Assembly (NCBI GenBank): GCA_951406725.2
Contig: OX597819.1
Coordinates: 118,544,001-118,608,000, forward strand
Source of the DNA: Octopus vulgaris
Taxonomy: Eukaryota
DNA: 64,000 nucleotides
Reading direction: 5' to 3'
The position numbers and the translations under genes are program-made. The notes under the pieces are model-generated. The model was given only the letters and a program-made list of their open reading frames with translations. It searched no databases and had not been told where the DNA came from. Below are positions 26,017-40,318 of this stretch, one piece after another; position 1 is the stretch's first letter; each line of letters opens with the position of its first letter.

Positions 26017-29000
26017 ATATAATACCTGTACATCATCTGCAAATCTTCTAATATATATATCTGTTATCCGTGCGTGTGTCTGTGTGCGCTTGGGTATGTA
26101 TGTAACGTAGGCATGTACACGCACAAACATACACATATGAAAACTACACCATTATTCGCAATACAAAACTAACAAGGAACATTTTTCAAATGTCTCCAAT
26201 TGTGTCTCAGGTTGCTGAGTAAGACCTATATTAATAAGAGTTAAAAAATCGAGAACAGCAAGAAAGCAAATTTTCATATACTGACAGGAGAGATAAGCGC
26301 CCCCAAAAATCGAAGATAGACTACTGGACTAGACTATATGCGCCTGTTAAATTCCTGACGCGTCAGCAGTGACTAAGTTATTTTGTGATTTTTGCACTAG
26401 CATTTCGCTAATTCAGCATTAAATTTATATGGTAAATATATATATATACTGACAGCCTGAATTTAGCCAAAGCATTCGGTGACGGAGTAGTCACTGCTGA
26501 TGATTCTGCAATTTTACACCCCAGCCATATATATATATACATGCCTACATAAATACACACACGTATATATACACACATATGTGTATATGTGGGCGTCTTT
26601 ACGAGCGTTTTGGGGGTTGATGTTTTGTATCCACGTCTTTAAAGTAGCGATTTAATATAAACACGGATTTAATTTACATAAACATCAATGGAATATATAT
26701 ATATCTTGTTCTATCGACAAAATAGAGTTTCATGTTATCCTCTAGTGGTTTTCCAAACACTGCAACGAGTAAAAAGAAATTCAACTATCAATTATATTTT
26801 TAAATAAAATGAGGGACATAAAACGAGAGAGAAAGTAAGATGGGAATGCAATAGTAGTTGATCCAGAATATGTATGTCGTCATATAAAGGTGATGTTAGC
26901 GTCGGTAGAATAATGAATTTAATGAACTGCTGTGTAAAATAAATGCTTAAAAAAAGAGAAGCATAAATAATGAGAGAAATGGCGAGCGGGAGAAAGAGAA
27001 TGGAAAATAGATTTGTCGATATGAAATGTGAATTATAGATTGCAATGATGGTCATGAACGTCGGGTTTTACATATATTGCTGAAGGCTCGATCCCAAAGA
27101 CTGAGAAGCATTTGGGACCGCAATTGTAACATGAAAGTAATTGTTAATAGGTGGAAACCAAATACTGCAAATGATACTTTGCACAGAACACTAGTCACTT
27201 GCTCACAGCAAAAGATATTCACATATGCACGAACCAAAATTCCACTGCTTTCCTTTCAGAGGAGAATGAGGAAAGCACAATTGTTGTTATATTTATACGA
27301 AGAAAAGTCTTCTTCAAATATGAGATCAATGTAAAACAAATTTAATCAGAAAAAAGTGTATGCAAGATTGGATAAGAATGACTACGACATTCAAAGAAAG
27401 GCCTGTTTAATAATTTGCTTCTGATGTGTGGTATACCTTAGCTCAACCCTTCCTGAAGTAATCGGAAAACCACTTTCCGAGCAGAAGTTTCCATCAAAAT
27501 ACAAACCCACCTTTCAAAATCATCAGCAGCAGCATCGCTTCTTAATCTTTTTTTCAGTCATGACCCTAATTTTCATCAAGAGATTTTTCGCAACCCCAGT
27601 TATTAAATATGCATTTGTGAAATAGCATATAAACTGAAATTCAAGTGTCTGAATTTAATTTTCGCGACCCCATTTCCAATTTTAGAAGCGCTGTGCTACA
27701 TGAATTAACTCCTTGAATGACTACACGCATTTTAAACTTTACACGCAGCTTAATTCAGTTCTAGTTTTGTAAGTGTGACAAGTATGCACGACTGAAACAG
27801 TCGGAACCTAGAAGTTTAATTGTTGTAATGCCGTATCATATTTTCATCGTTCAGTTGTATATTTTTAATTCCCGGGCAATTTTCTGATTGCTGAGTCCTC
27901 AATAAAATATTATCCTAGTGAAGGATATTTTAAATAGAATATTTCCGACGAAAATGTTATAATGGAATGGAAGGTTCATGATACCTGAGGAGTATATCTT
28001 TCTCCTATTATAATTAATTTTGTAGTTTCAAGGATCTGGAGCACGAAGAATTACACAAGCGGAGTACAATTCAATAGCCGTTTATTTTAGTGAGTTCTCG
28101 TTCATGTGGTTCGTTCTCAGTGACGATTTGTCGTGCTAAATAGAAAATTCGTACTAAATCCATCTTCCGTTTACTTTATCAAATACATACTCAGTCTTTC
28201 TCAGCGTCGAGCGTGCGAAGAGTAAGGGAGTGAGAGAGAAAATGTCGTCGTTCTCTTGCTTAAATAATGGTTGACGACGAGAATCTCATTGTCGGCTCAC
28301 GCATGGCAAATGGTTGCAGTCTAGATCTCGTTCTTGTCTCGCACATGGCAATGGCTACCGGTGAGATCTCGTTCAAAATAGCGCAGATCTCTTGTGCCTC
28401 GCTACAGGGTGAATGAAATAAAAAAGCGGTATTTTGTCATTAAGAATTCAATGAATTCTACTGAGCGACTATGTCACCGTTTGTATTTTTCCCGTAGATC
28501 ATTCGTGTTATAGAAATGATTACATCGTGTATACTTGTAGTAGCTTAAAGAATGTAAATTACGGTAAGAATAAATAATTAGATAATTTCTATCAGGTTAT
28601 GCACCTTCAATCCCTAATGCTGTTGTCAATGCACCATCGTGTAACACTGAACATCTTGGGGGAATCTGGAAAATGGTGGAATCAGAATCTCACTGGGACT
28701 CGACATATACACTTTCCAGAAAAAATAAAAAAAACATCAAACAGGGAAAAGGTCTGTTACTTTATAGATCATGGGGAGATATTGTCTTAGCTGATGCTAA
28801 TGGAATTTGAATGTAGATCGCATTCTGTGATGTGTGTTAGGATTTTTCCTGCGAATGGCATGAGTGATATGTTTTTTAGTTATAGAAGTGTACAAAGCAG
28901 AAACTTTCGAAATTTTGAGGAATTAGTTCGTGCTCCCACATTGTAGTAACGGGGCGAGTAGTTTTTCTTATATTTACAGTCAACCAGAGTAAAACTCGCC

Positions 29001-29057
29001 CATTCTATATCCTTTAGGGAAACTACTGATTTCCTTACACGTTTGACTCTGTATCTC

Positions 29058-29114
<57 letters not shown>

Positions 29115-30416
29115 CTTAGTATAAGCTTAAATAAGCGCAATCAGTTATGGAACAGATGGATTTACGTCTACCTGAAGATTTTGAAATGACAAAAGATGAC
29201 ATACAGCGAGAACCCCACTGTCTAAGCAACGAATATGATGCCCAATAAGTACAGTTATCAACATTATTGTACACAGGTGAAATCGCAGAATTTCCTTTCT
29301 CCAAGAGAGTGAGGTCTAAACAAATGTTCCACGCATCTCACTCTCAGCAGTTGGAAGGGCGTTGAATCAACAGAATTCATCCACCCGTGACAGATTTTGT
29401 TGTTCTTACTGCAGGGTGTCGTCCAACAAGAACCACATTTCTTACAAAGTAGACTCGGAAAAGCCGCCGGTTTAGCTGCTGATGGCCAAGATAATGCCAT
29501 CAGAAGCAGTAAGAGTGACTACATACTTAACGAAAGAGCCACGTAAGTACAGATACCTATTTCGTTTTCTACTTATTCCAATATTTTCATTCTCAAAAGG
29601 CACAAAGTGTGAACTATTTGTGAAGGGAGGGGGTTCGTCGATTATATTGACTCCGGCACTCAAATGTTTTTGTTTTTTATTATCTACTCTGAAAAGATGA
29701 AAGATGAAGTCATCAACGGAAGAATTTAAACTCAGAAATAACCAGAAAATACATGCCATATACCCGTGGCATAATGCACCGAAATTACTATAAAATTAAA
29801 TTATTTATAGACTGAGTTTATTAATTCCGCTATTAAGATCTCAAAACAACAAATCGAAAAGCCAAATCAGTAACTTTTATTTAACGAAATTCTTCATCTC
29901 CAAATTTCTGTGTAACCCATTTTTTAGGATTTCACTGCTTCATATTTCTATATAGTTTCATATAAGAATAATAATAAACATCCATTACGTCACATCTTTC
30001 CATGCGACAGAATTAAATGGTTGCTTCTTCCACTGCGTTCTTCTGCCCGAACACGTTCTCCGTCTTTCTCTTTCTCTCTCTCTCTCTGTCTTCATATAGA
30101 TGTTTGAGTGTGTATATCTGAAGGAGTTTGCGATACCTTAATTACATAGGGAACACTCATTTCAAAATTTCCATTGTTTTTAATCTTACATCAGGCTTAT
30201 AAACATGTCAATTATTAATGAGTTAGTAACCAATGATGTATAGTTTTTCTCCATAGGCATCCATAGAAATTGTTTCAATAGAAATTTGATTCTTTTCAAA
30301 TTATATGAAAATTAATATATTTTACTATAAAAACATTCAAATGGAGCATGGCTATGGAAATAACTCAGATGTTTAATAAAGGAGAAAGTTATAAACACAA
30401 CACAATATTAATCACC

Positions 30417-30600
30417 GTCAGGGTGGATAGCGGGCAGAATAGTTTGCACACCGTACAAAGCGCCAGGCGTCATTTCGTCCGTTTCACCGTTCTGAGTTCA
30501 AATCTCTCGGCTTCGCTCTCGGCTTCAACCTCTCGGCTCCGCTAAAATAAGTACCAGTTGAGTACTGGATTCAATATAATCTACTTACTCGTCTTCCGAA
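30417..30600 (+). mobile_element. Degenerate SINE (family of 3526-3760)
   Basis: ggcagaatagtt-gcacaccg..cgttctgagttcaaat..aataagtaccagttgagtactgg. Confidence 0.65.
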
Positions 30601-31249
30601 TTCGTAAGCTTCTGTCAAAATCTAAAACGGATATTAGTCCAGGGAGTTCATGAAAGAAAGAGTTAACTATGAAATGAAACGGATCATATTTCAAAGTTCA
30701 CAGCCATTGGCTTACATTTTTGTAACCTACAGTGGGAATGTAATATGCGGATTCTAATTATTTGTAAAGAACATTTTTCATAATGCGATAAATCGTTGCA
30801 AATTTCGCATATATTCTCTCCTTAGAAGTACTTCAGAAACACAGAAAGATAGAGGAACTGTACCAAATTTCGGGTCCTAGAACAGCAGCGCGTGTAGGGT
30901 GCTGCGGGGAATAACAACGACATACATAGATATATATGCAAACACAAACACATGTACGGACACACGCAAACACAGGTGCATATAAGGATATACAAAGTAG
31001 AAGGACAGAATGAAATAAGTGGGGCAGGAGTACAGAGACGGAAAGTGTTGGTGAATAGGTCACAGATGTGTGACAAAAGATTTGCGGACAATAGACATGA
31101 GTTAGATGAAGAATAGTAATAAACGAATGAAGGACTAATATGTAGTGCGTGTGCTTATTTGCACTCCCACCCCACATAAAATCACTGTCCCGAAATTCAA
31201 AAATCTCTCCCCCCTCTCTCTCTCTATGTTTGTGTGTGTATATACAGAG

Positions 31250-31520
31250 TAAAAAACACCCTCAATCATGAATGACCATGGGACTGCAGACTACCTCCGA
31301 CGCACAAGTCCGGGCTAAGTTGTTTTATAAAAGACCAGCAGGGGCACCTGCATATCAACCTCCCCTCTGTACGCTACTCATTTATACAGCTGAGTGAAGA
31401 AGACCAACGTGAAATAAAGTATCTTCATCAAAAAGACAACAGACACTCCTGTCCGGGAATCGAACTCTGGACCTCATGATTATGGGCCCAAGGCTGTAAC
31501 TAATGAACCATGTGTGCCAT
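31250..31520 (-). mobile_element. Degenerate tRNA-headed SINE
   Basis: B-box on the minus strand (gggaatcgaactc on +). Body catttatacagctgagtgaa..caacgtgaaataaagt. Confidence 0.6.
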
Positions 31521-31739
31521 TATTCAGTTTTATTTCAGGCTTTCTTGCCAATAGAGAAAAAGCATGTTTCTAACATAAATGCAAAGCTACTTCATTGGAA
31601 TTTCAACATCAACAACATGGTATTTTTGTTGATATGTATGCATGTAAATGTGGAGTTTTGTATGTTTTGTTTCATATGTGCATTTTCATGCATAAAGCTG
31701 CATATCTAGACATGTTCTTATATATTTAAATTATAAACT

Positions 31740-32750
31740 TCTGGAAAGTTTTAGAGATCTGTAGCCTTCGAATTAGCTTTCACTTATCTGCTTTTAAGAC
31801 TCCTAATTACTCAAGATTGGTATTTATACAGTGAGGTACAAATCCCAGGGACCCGATAATTACAGGTATAAACCTAAATTTGTAATCTGGATAAAGTAAC
31901 TGCAGATTTCTCAATAGTTCAGCGTTGGTATTCTCTTTTTCACTGATCTTGACACTTATGTCTACACCCGCAGGGCAGCTAATTTTTTGCAACATTACAC
32001 AGTTGCCCTTCACTAGCCAAAATTATTATATCAGGTCTGTTATGCATAGATTTTATTGAGGTTTTCACTTTGACATTCCACCAGTTTCTTTCTATCATGA
32101 GTGGCTATGGCTTCTATACTGTGAGTTGCTATTCGTTGGTCTTCTGGATTATCTTTCCTACGGGTTTCGTTATAGAGTGTCCAAGCTACAACATCATATC
32201 TCATACCTAGATTACATTTTTGAACTATTTTCGGTGTTATCGCCACATAGTCTATATCGGTTATCACATCTTACTGCTTTTCTTGAATCTTTGTTCCTGT
32301 TGTGTCTCAGGTTGGTATTTCGTGTTCCTGGATTGCAAACGCATGCCCTTCAAATTAGGAGGTAATAATCCGGTTATTGGTCCATGATAAACTGCTTTCA
32401 TGATCAATGTTACTATCATCTCAGAGCTTTCTGCTTACATATCCATGCAAAGTCTTTAGATCATATATACTCGACCTTCCATCTGATGATGCATTGCTGT
32501 AGAGTCGTGCAACTTCTTTGGTCATTTATTTTAGACTACCAGACGAGGAAGTTTTCTCAAGGAGCTGCTTTCTAAGTCTTATGTTGCCATCAGCCTCATG
32601 TATGCAAACTTGCTCAAGGGATGCATTTCAATATTCGATGTTTAAAAGGTGTTGCCGAAGGGATATGATACAACATCCAAAGGCATTTTAGATCGAAGTT
32701 AAGCCTCTGTTGCCTTGTTTTCGTTTTAGGTAAGGGCAGTATACGTCGCT
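31740..32750 (-). mobile_element. R4/Dong-like (restriction-like endonuclease) non-LTR retrotransposon, decayed 3' part
   Basis: RPDII.., ISCPAGVDISVKISEKE...LLRNLQLLYPDYKFRFIPVIIGSLG (RLE domain) and RYDVVAWTLYN (RHD-type motif). Confidence 0.75.
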
Positions 32751-32812
32751 ATTTGTATGCATGTACGTATGTATGTAGGTAGGTATATGTGTGTATATAT
32801 ATACATATATAT

Positions 32813-33043
32813 ATTTCTTTACTACCCACAAGGAGCTAAACATAGAGGGGACAAGCAAGGACAGACAAAGGGATTACGTCGATTATATTGACCCCATTGC
32901 GAAATTGGTATTTTATTTATCGACCCCGAAAGGATGAAAGGCAAAGTCGACCTCGGCGGAATTTGAACTCAGAACGTAACGACAGACGAAATACCGCTAA
33001 GCATTTCGCCCGGCGCGCTAACGTTTCAGCCCGCTCACCACCT
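32813..33043 (-). mobile_element. SINE, full length (family of 3526-3760)
   Basis: Reverse complement is collinear with 3526-3755. Confidence 0.85.
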
Positions 33044-33496
33044 ATATATATACATATATAGATGTATGTATCTGTGTATGGATGTACGTGTATTAGTGTG
33101 TGTATGTGTGTATGTGATTGTGTGTGTGCTTGTGCTGCACATACACAACCATAAAGTCATTTGATAAAGAACTGATACCTCAAGACTTCAGACTAAAACC
33201 TCTATGGTATTAGTGAAATTATTTTCCCCTCTTATCTCATATTACGTATGGCTTTTAGCTTATCATATAACACACAAGGGCACATTAATGTTTGGATAGA
33301 CCAGGTTTTCTATGCATGAACCAGTTAAATTTTATTGCAACGAGGTTCAGTGTGACCCGATAGCCGGTTAGTCGGCTGTAGTTCCTTTCAGTAGAAACTT
33401 TAATCCCATGGTGTATATATGCATATCTATATGTATGCACACAACACACACAAGCACACACAACACACACACACACACACAGACACACAGACACAG

Positions 33497-33531
<35 letters not shown>

Positions 33532-33593
33532 AATATTTATATATTTATATATATATATATATGTGTGTATGTGTGTGTATGGTTGAGTGTGTG

Positions 33594-33627
<34 letters not shown>

Positions 33628-33628
33628 C

Positions 33629-33885
33629 CAATGGCCCAATGGTTGGGGCAGCGGACTTGCGGCTTCGATTCCCAGACCTGGCGTTGAGGGTGTTCATTGA
33701 GCGAAAACACCTAAAGCTCTATGAGGCTCCGGTAGAGGGGCTGGGGGTGATCCCTGTTGTACTATTTCTCTCACATTTTCTTCTGTTGGTTTGCTCACTT
33801 AGCCATCGAGGTGGCGTCATTTGAAGGCTAAACAATGAGAAGCGTATTGCGTAGCAACATCTGATAGCCTGGTCGGTCACGTGAT

Positions 33886-33892
<7 letters not shown>
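33629..33892 (+). mobile_element. SINE (418-type head, tail ending in (GATCACGT)n)
   Basis: Head caatggcccaatggtt..ttcgattcccagacc. The tail is homologous to the reverse complement of 34859-34990. Confidence 0.8.
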
Positions 33893-33936
<44 letters not shown>

Positions 33937-33939
<3 letters not shown>

Positions 33940-34820
33940 GGTAGGTGAAAAGTAAGTAGGCAGGAAAAAGTAGTAATAAACATCATATTCCTTTTATAAA
34001 TTTATTGAAAAAAATGTATACATGTTCTGTATTACATGGGGAAATGGAAATAAATCTTCATATTTCAACGTAAGTACCAGCGGCGACAACCAGTTTCCAC
34101 AAACGGCCAAAGATGGAATGGACAAGCTTCTGATAGACGTCGTCTGGGATATTATTCGGAACCTCCTGAATCAGTGTAACCAAGTCCTCCAGTGTGGGAA
34201 GTTTTTCTTGTGTTACTTGTGTATAACACCACAGGTAAAAAGGTCATTGAGTCAGATTTAAACTTCTTGAAGTTCTGAACTTCTGGATTTGTGTGGTCAC
34301 AGTCTACAATTTTAGGTCCTGCACGTGATGGGGTTTCCATGGATGAAAATTCATTTCTTTATGCAGTACCGTTCGTCTTGGATCTTGTTCGTCTACTTTT
34401 TTATTGTTTGTTTTTGTGCGGGCTGCGATTAAACATTGACTGCAATGCTGCCACGTTCTCCGCTGATCGGGATATGGTTGGATGTCGACCTGCTGCGCCG
34501 TTCACAGAGCGCCCGTGGTCATTAACTTTGCATGACAAATTTTTATTGTCTCTGGACGTAGTGTGGCATGTTTACCTTTCCAGGCATGCCACCAACTCTC
34601 AAAGCAATGGAATTCCACACTTCATAGCGTGCTGCTATCTTAGCCCCCTCCTGAACAATCGAATGACTGGCCATCTGGAAAATAATAAATTAGTAATACG
34701 ACAATATGAAGTAAAGAATTTCCCATCAGTGATGTCCCTTTAAAAAGTGTTTTCGTCAGGACTTCAGTGTTAATAAAATTTCTATAAGCAATTACTAAGG
34801 CCTAGTTATTTCACACCCAC

Positions 34821-34822
<2 letters not shown>
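33937..34822 (-). mobile_element. Internally deleted Tc1/mariner-type DNA transposon in (TA)n
   Basis: Minus-strand remnants GRHPTISRSAENVAALQSMFNRSP and FHPWKP, plus a D.FLWG/TLEDL-like C-terminal stretch. Degenerate TIRs, TA-flanked. Confidence 0.6.
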
Positions 34823-34858
<36 letters not shown>

Positions 34859-34865
<7 letters not shown>

Positions 34866-35152
34866 ATCACGTGATCACGTGACCGACCAGACCATCAGAT
34901 GCTGTTACACATCGCTGGTCACAATGCGTTCGCATTGTTTTAGCCTTCCAATGACGCCACCCCGCTGGCTAAGCGAGCAGGCCAACAGAAGAAAGAGTGG
35001 CAGAAAGAGTGGTGAAAGAGTACAGCAGGGATCACCCCCCCTGCCGGAGCCTCGTGGAGCTTTTAGGTGTTTTCGCTCAATAAACACACACAACGCCCGG
35101 TCTGGGAATCGAAACCGCGATCCTGCGACCGCTGCCCTAACCACTAGGCCAT
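34859..35152 (-). mobile_element. SINE (418-type head, (GATCACGT)n tail)
   Basis: A-box TGGCCTAGTGG and B-box GTTTCGATTCCC on the minus strand. Inverted relative to 33629-33892. Confidence 0.85.
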
Positions 35153-35199
35153 ATATATATATATATATATATATACGTGTGTGTATGTGTGTGTGTGTA

Positions 35200-35232
<33 letters not shown>

Positions 35233-35490
35233 GTAAATTTAGTAAATGTTTTCATGCGCTACTAATAGTTCCATCCAGTTTAAACCATTCAGATATGTTA
35301 TAACACGTCAGGTACTTACACGCAAGTCTCTAAATCTCCCCAGTTTGTATAACAAGCAAAAATATGACCATAGAATAACAGCAACAGTAACGAGAAGAGG
35401 CGGCAGACAAGTAAATATAAAAAGCGGAAAGCTGAAGACATTTTTTCTTTCTTTTCTTCTTTCCATTTCCGTTCGTTTTCAAGTATTCTG

Positions 35491-35896
35491 TTACTCTTTC
35501 ATTCGTTTAAATGTTTCAGTAATTTGACTGCGGCCATGCTGGAGCACCGCCTTTTTAATCGAGTAAATAGACCCCAGAACTTATTCTTTGTAAAGCCTAG
35601 TACTTATTCTATCCGTCTCTTTGGCCGAACCGTTAAGTTACGGGGATGTAAACACACCAGCATCGTTGTTAAGCGATGTTAGAGTAGGGCTATCACAGAC
35701 ACACAAACACACGCACATATACATATATATACGACAGGCTTCTTTCAGTTTCCGTCTACCAAATCCACTCACAAAGCTTTGGTCGGCCCGAGGCTATAGT
35801 AGAAGACATTTTTCCCAAGGTTTCACGCAGTAGGACTGAACCCGAAACCATGTGGTTCGTAAGCACGCCACTTACCACACGGCCACATCTGCACCT
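35491..35896 (-). mobile_element. SINE, full length (family of 8209-8614)
   Basis: Collinear with 8209-8614. Confidence 0.85.
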
Positions 35897-35909
35897 ACAA
35901 GAAATTCAT

Positions 35910-36165
35910 TTCTATATTTAAGAGATATGGAATTATGTACATTATTTACATTCCAGGCATATTTCTCCTCATCTTGTTATTTGTTAATACAACGTTTCGG
36001 ATGATATACCCTCCAGGCTTCATCACGTGTCTTGGGGAAATTTCGGACCTGGGTTCTCACTACTAAGGTATTTTTCGATGTTGTTTTTGTTAATATTATT
36101 ATTATTCAGGTCACTGCCAAGAATCGAACTCCGAATCTTGAGGTTAGTAGCCCGTGCTCTTTTTA
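35910..36165 (-). mobile_element. tRNA-headed hammerhead-bearing SINE-like element
   Basis: Minus strand: gagcacgggctactaacc...GAGTTCGATTC (B-box), (AAT)n linker, mutated HHR at 35986-36031, then a 3' body shared with 8874-8939. Confidence 0.8.
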
Positions 36166-36459
36166 CTTTCTTTTCGAATTTTTCTCGTATTTTCTCATAT
36201 TTTGTCGTCCAGTTATCGCTCTTATGCCATATGGACATAGTCTGAGGATTGCACGAAAGCACCAGACATGTTATAAAATTGCTGTCTGAGTCGTTTAAAT
36301 CGCATGAAATATTAGAAGCACATGGAAATTTATACTGTGCTTATTTAACAATATTTATCGCTAACCAGACGCAGTGGTTCTTTGTTGATCTTAATTTCAC
36401 GGAAGAGTATATTATATATTAGGCAACGTTTTGAAATATGAAATTCACCACAATATATT

Positions 36460-37620
36460 TCAACAATGCGGAAATTTTATTCATCAGAGGAAGTATCATT
36501 ATAATCAACACATTTTTGCGAACGAATTACATGTTTGTTTATTCCGGTAACATAAAAAATCTGGATTTTTGGAGCTGATGAACTCTTTGAACGCACTTTC
36601 AGCATCGGTTCGATTTTTGAACTTCTCTCGCAGGAAACCATCAATTTGCTTGAAAAAGTGGTAGGAGAAAGGTTTGGGTAATAAGATGGTTGAAGAAGAA
36701 CTTCGTTGCCAAGTTCCTTCAACTTCTTGAGCACTATTAGCCAGGGGTTTGGTCGAGCATTGTCACGAGGAATTATTGGTTCTCTTCCGATGACCAGTCT
36801 GATACAGAGGAGTTGCAGTTCATTTTTCGTTCATTTTGGCAAATTCATGCCACTTTGTTTCTCCAATAATATCTTTTCCCGGGTTTCAAGAAGCAATAGC
36901 TGATAAGGCCAGCACTACACCACTACACAGTCATCATAACCTTCTTTTTGACGAGTTCGGATTTAGGGAAGGTTTTTGCTGCTTCATTTTGGTCCAACCA
37001 CTGCAAAGAAGGTTTTTTTCTATGATTGTACAGAATCTACTTTTCATTGCATGTTACAATACAGACGAGAAATTGATCGGTCTGGTTACGAACAAGAAGC
37101 AACGTGCAATTTTCATATCTGCACATTTTCTGATTTTCATTCAAGTTGTCGAGCTTTCTTGATTTTCCGATCGCATGCAATTTACTGCAGGCAGTTTTCC
37201 GGCTAATTTGAAGCACTTTTGTCACTTCTCGACTGATTTCCCGTGGATGTTTAACAATGACCGTCTTTAATTGATGGCGTCCACTACGCTCACGATTTTC
37301 AAGTCTCAGCTCTCCTCTGCGAAATCGTTTAAACCATTTTCGAGCTAACTACTCACTGATCATTTCCTCACCAAACGTTTCGTTGATATCGTGAGCAGTT
37401 TCAGTTGTTTACGTCTGTGTTTGAGGTTGAAGAGCAAAATTTCTCGAATATCGCACTTTGGCAATTCCATTTCATTTGTAACAAAAGTGAAAAAATGTCA
37501 TTGTTAATTTATTGATGCGTTTGGGCAAATCTATGTCTATTATTAGACCATTATATCTATTATCAAACAATTGCAAAAAATTGGATGAAAATACACTTAA
37601 AATTCTGCAAAGATCCGTTA
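36460..37620 (-). mobile_element. Decayed mariner (Mos1/Hsmar-like) transposase
   Basis: ENQKMCRYENCTLLLVRN...IVTCNEK (IVT.DEKW), a HDNARP-like segment, and LKELGNEVLLQPSYYPNLSP (HPPYSPDL). Confidence 0.85.
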
Positions 37621-38647
37621 CAAATGCTTCATTGTTTAAAGCGTTGCCTACTTTTTACTCATACTGATATATTATTATCCCGCCCACAAGCTTATTTATT
37701 TATTTATTTATTTGTGTATGTATACACATATATGTATGTATTTTGTAAATTCATGCCACTTTGTTTCTCCAATAATCATCTTTTCCCGGGTTTCAAGAAG
37801 CAATAGCTGATAAGGCCAGCACTACACCACTACACAGTCATCATAACCTTCTTTTTGACGAGTTCGGATTTAGGGAAGGTTTTTGCTGCTTCATTTTGGT
37901 CCAACCACTGCAAAGAAGGTTTTTTTCTATGATTGTACAGAATCTACTTTTCATTGCATGTTACAATACAGACGAGAAATTGATCGGTCTGGTTACGAAC
38001 AAGAAGCAACGTGCAATTTTCATATCTGCACATTTTCTGATTTTCATTCAAGTTGTCGAGCTTTCTTGATTTTCCGATCGCATGCAATTTACTGCAGGCA
38101 GTTTTCCGGCTAATTTGAAGCACTTTTGTCACTTCTCGACTGATTTCCCGTGGATGTTTAACAATGACCGTCTTTAATTGATGGCGTCCACTACGCTCAC
38201 GATTTTCAAGTCTCAGCTCTCCTCTGCGAAATCGTTTAAACCATTTTCGAGCTAACTACTCACTGATCATTTCCTCACCAAACGTTTCGTTGATATCGTG
38301 AGCAGTTTCAGTTGTTTACGTCTGTGTTTGAGGTTGAAGAGCAAAATTTCTCGAATATCGCACTTTGGCAATTCCATTTCATTTGTAACAAAAGTGAAAA
38401 AATGTCATTGTTAATTTAGTGATGCGTTTGGGCAAATCTATGTCTATTATTAGACCATTATATCTATTATCAAACAATTGCAAAAAATTGGATGAAAATA
38501 CACTTAAAATTCTGCAAAGATCCGTTACAAATGCTTCATTGTTTAAAGCGTTGGCTACTTTTTACTCATACTGATATATTATTATCCCGCCCACAAGCTT
38601 ATTTATTTATTTATTTATTTGTGTATGTATACACATATATGTATGTA
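36841..38647. repeat. Near-identical ~907-bp tandem duplication
   Basis: 36841-37740 matches 37747-38647. Identical ORFs are offset by 907 (36976/37883 and 37037/37944). I spotted only 1 indel and 2 substitutions. Confidence 0.95.
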
Positions 38648-39751
38648 TGTATGTGTGCGATATGATCCCGCACAGTTATCCCCAACTGAATGCGATTGCC
38701 AAGATATTGAAGAACGACGGTGATATAATAGAACGCGCTGATACATATATATTGAAACCCGTACCACGCATTTACCACCTATGAACAATCAGGAACAATA
38801 AGCCACGTAATATAGATGAAAATATAAAATACAAAACAAGAGCTAATGACATATTTTAAACGTCAGTTAACTTGCTAGAGGGAAAATACTATTTAAGAAA
38901 CCATAAATACACAAAAACTGGGTAATGAAAAACTAATTCAATGTGATAGAGAAGGAAATGACAGCGATAAAGATACATATAAAAAAATTAAAAAGCGCTC
39001 AATATGGTGCAAGAGATTCAGAAAAAAATTCTATTAAAGAACAGAAAATATTTTACCTTATTCTAAATCATATACAAAGGCAGAGAAGTTATTTACTCAC
39101 AAGTAAAATAATTTTAGTGCAATAACTTATGCCCTATTCTCGTGGGCTTAGAAAAAATATTTAGCACTTAAAAAAGTGTCTCATTTTCTTTACACTTTGC
39201 TTCAAATTGAACGATAAATGGAAGAAAATTTAAAAACATCGAACTGATCTCTATATTAGTTGAATTTTAATGTTAGAAAACGGCCCGGAGATAAAAGCGA
39301 TATTACATACAGACTATATTGCTTGCAAATTTACTGCATGAAAAGTTTTACATTTCAGCATACGAGGGAAATCATTTCATGTTGAAATTGCATTTAGTGT
39401 ATCTCCGTATTTTATGTATTTTTACTGGAGCTATAATTTCAAATTAGTCGTGAACTCACATTCGCATATACACATCGACACAGAAACATCCCTATGCATC
39501 GGCATACATGTATAACTATATATATATATCTGTGTGTGTGTGTGTGTGCTCGTATGTATTCGTAAATGTGTGTATTTGTGCGTACGTATATATATATATA
39601 CATATTCTATATATACGATATATTCTCTCTCCCTCTCTCTCAATATATATATATATATATATATCAATATATACGTATATATAAATGTCTATATGTACAT
39701 ACATATTTGTATGTATATCTATTTATATCTATACCAATCTATACACACACA

Positions 39752-39787
<36 letters not shown>

Positions 39788-40062
39788 GATATGTAGATAT
39801 GTATATATATATATACATTTATGTATGTATATACATATATATATACATGTCGTAATCAGTGTATGCTTATACATGCGTGTGGTAAACAGAATGCATGTGT
39901 AGATTAGTGGATTATTGCGCTGTGTCTCTAAAACCTGAAAACTTCAATGCCCTTTGCACATTTTTTGCATTTTGAAAGCAAATACACACAATTACACACC
40001 AAATACACACCAAATCAGGAATCCTTCGTAGCTTATATACCATAAAACGCTTCAAATATAAT

Positions 40063-40318
<256 letters not shown>

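Noticed and set aside
27330-27695. Possible hAT 3' end (ttttcgc.acccc repeats)
   Set aside because: No clear transposase frame or paired TIR.
28280-28375. ~42-bp imperfect repeats with (g/a)atctc(g/a)tt
   Set aside because: Only 2-3 degenerate units with similar intervening sequence. Not CRISPR-like, and the context is eukaryotic.
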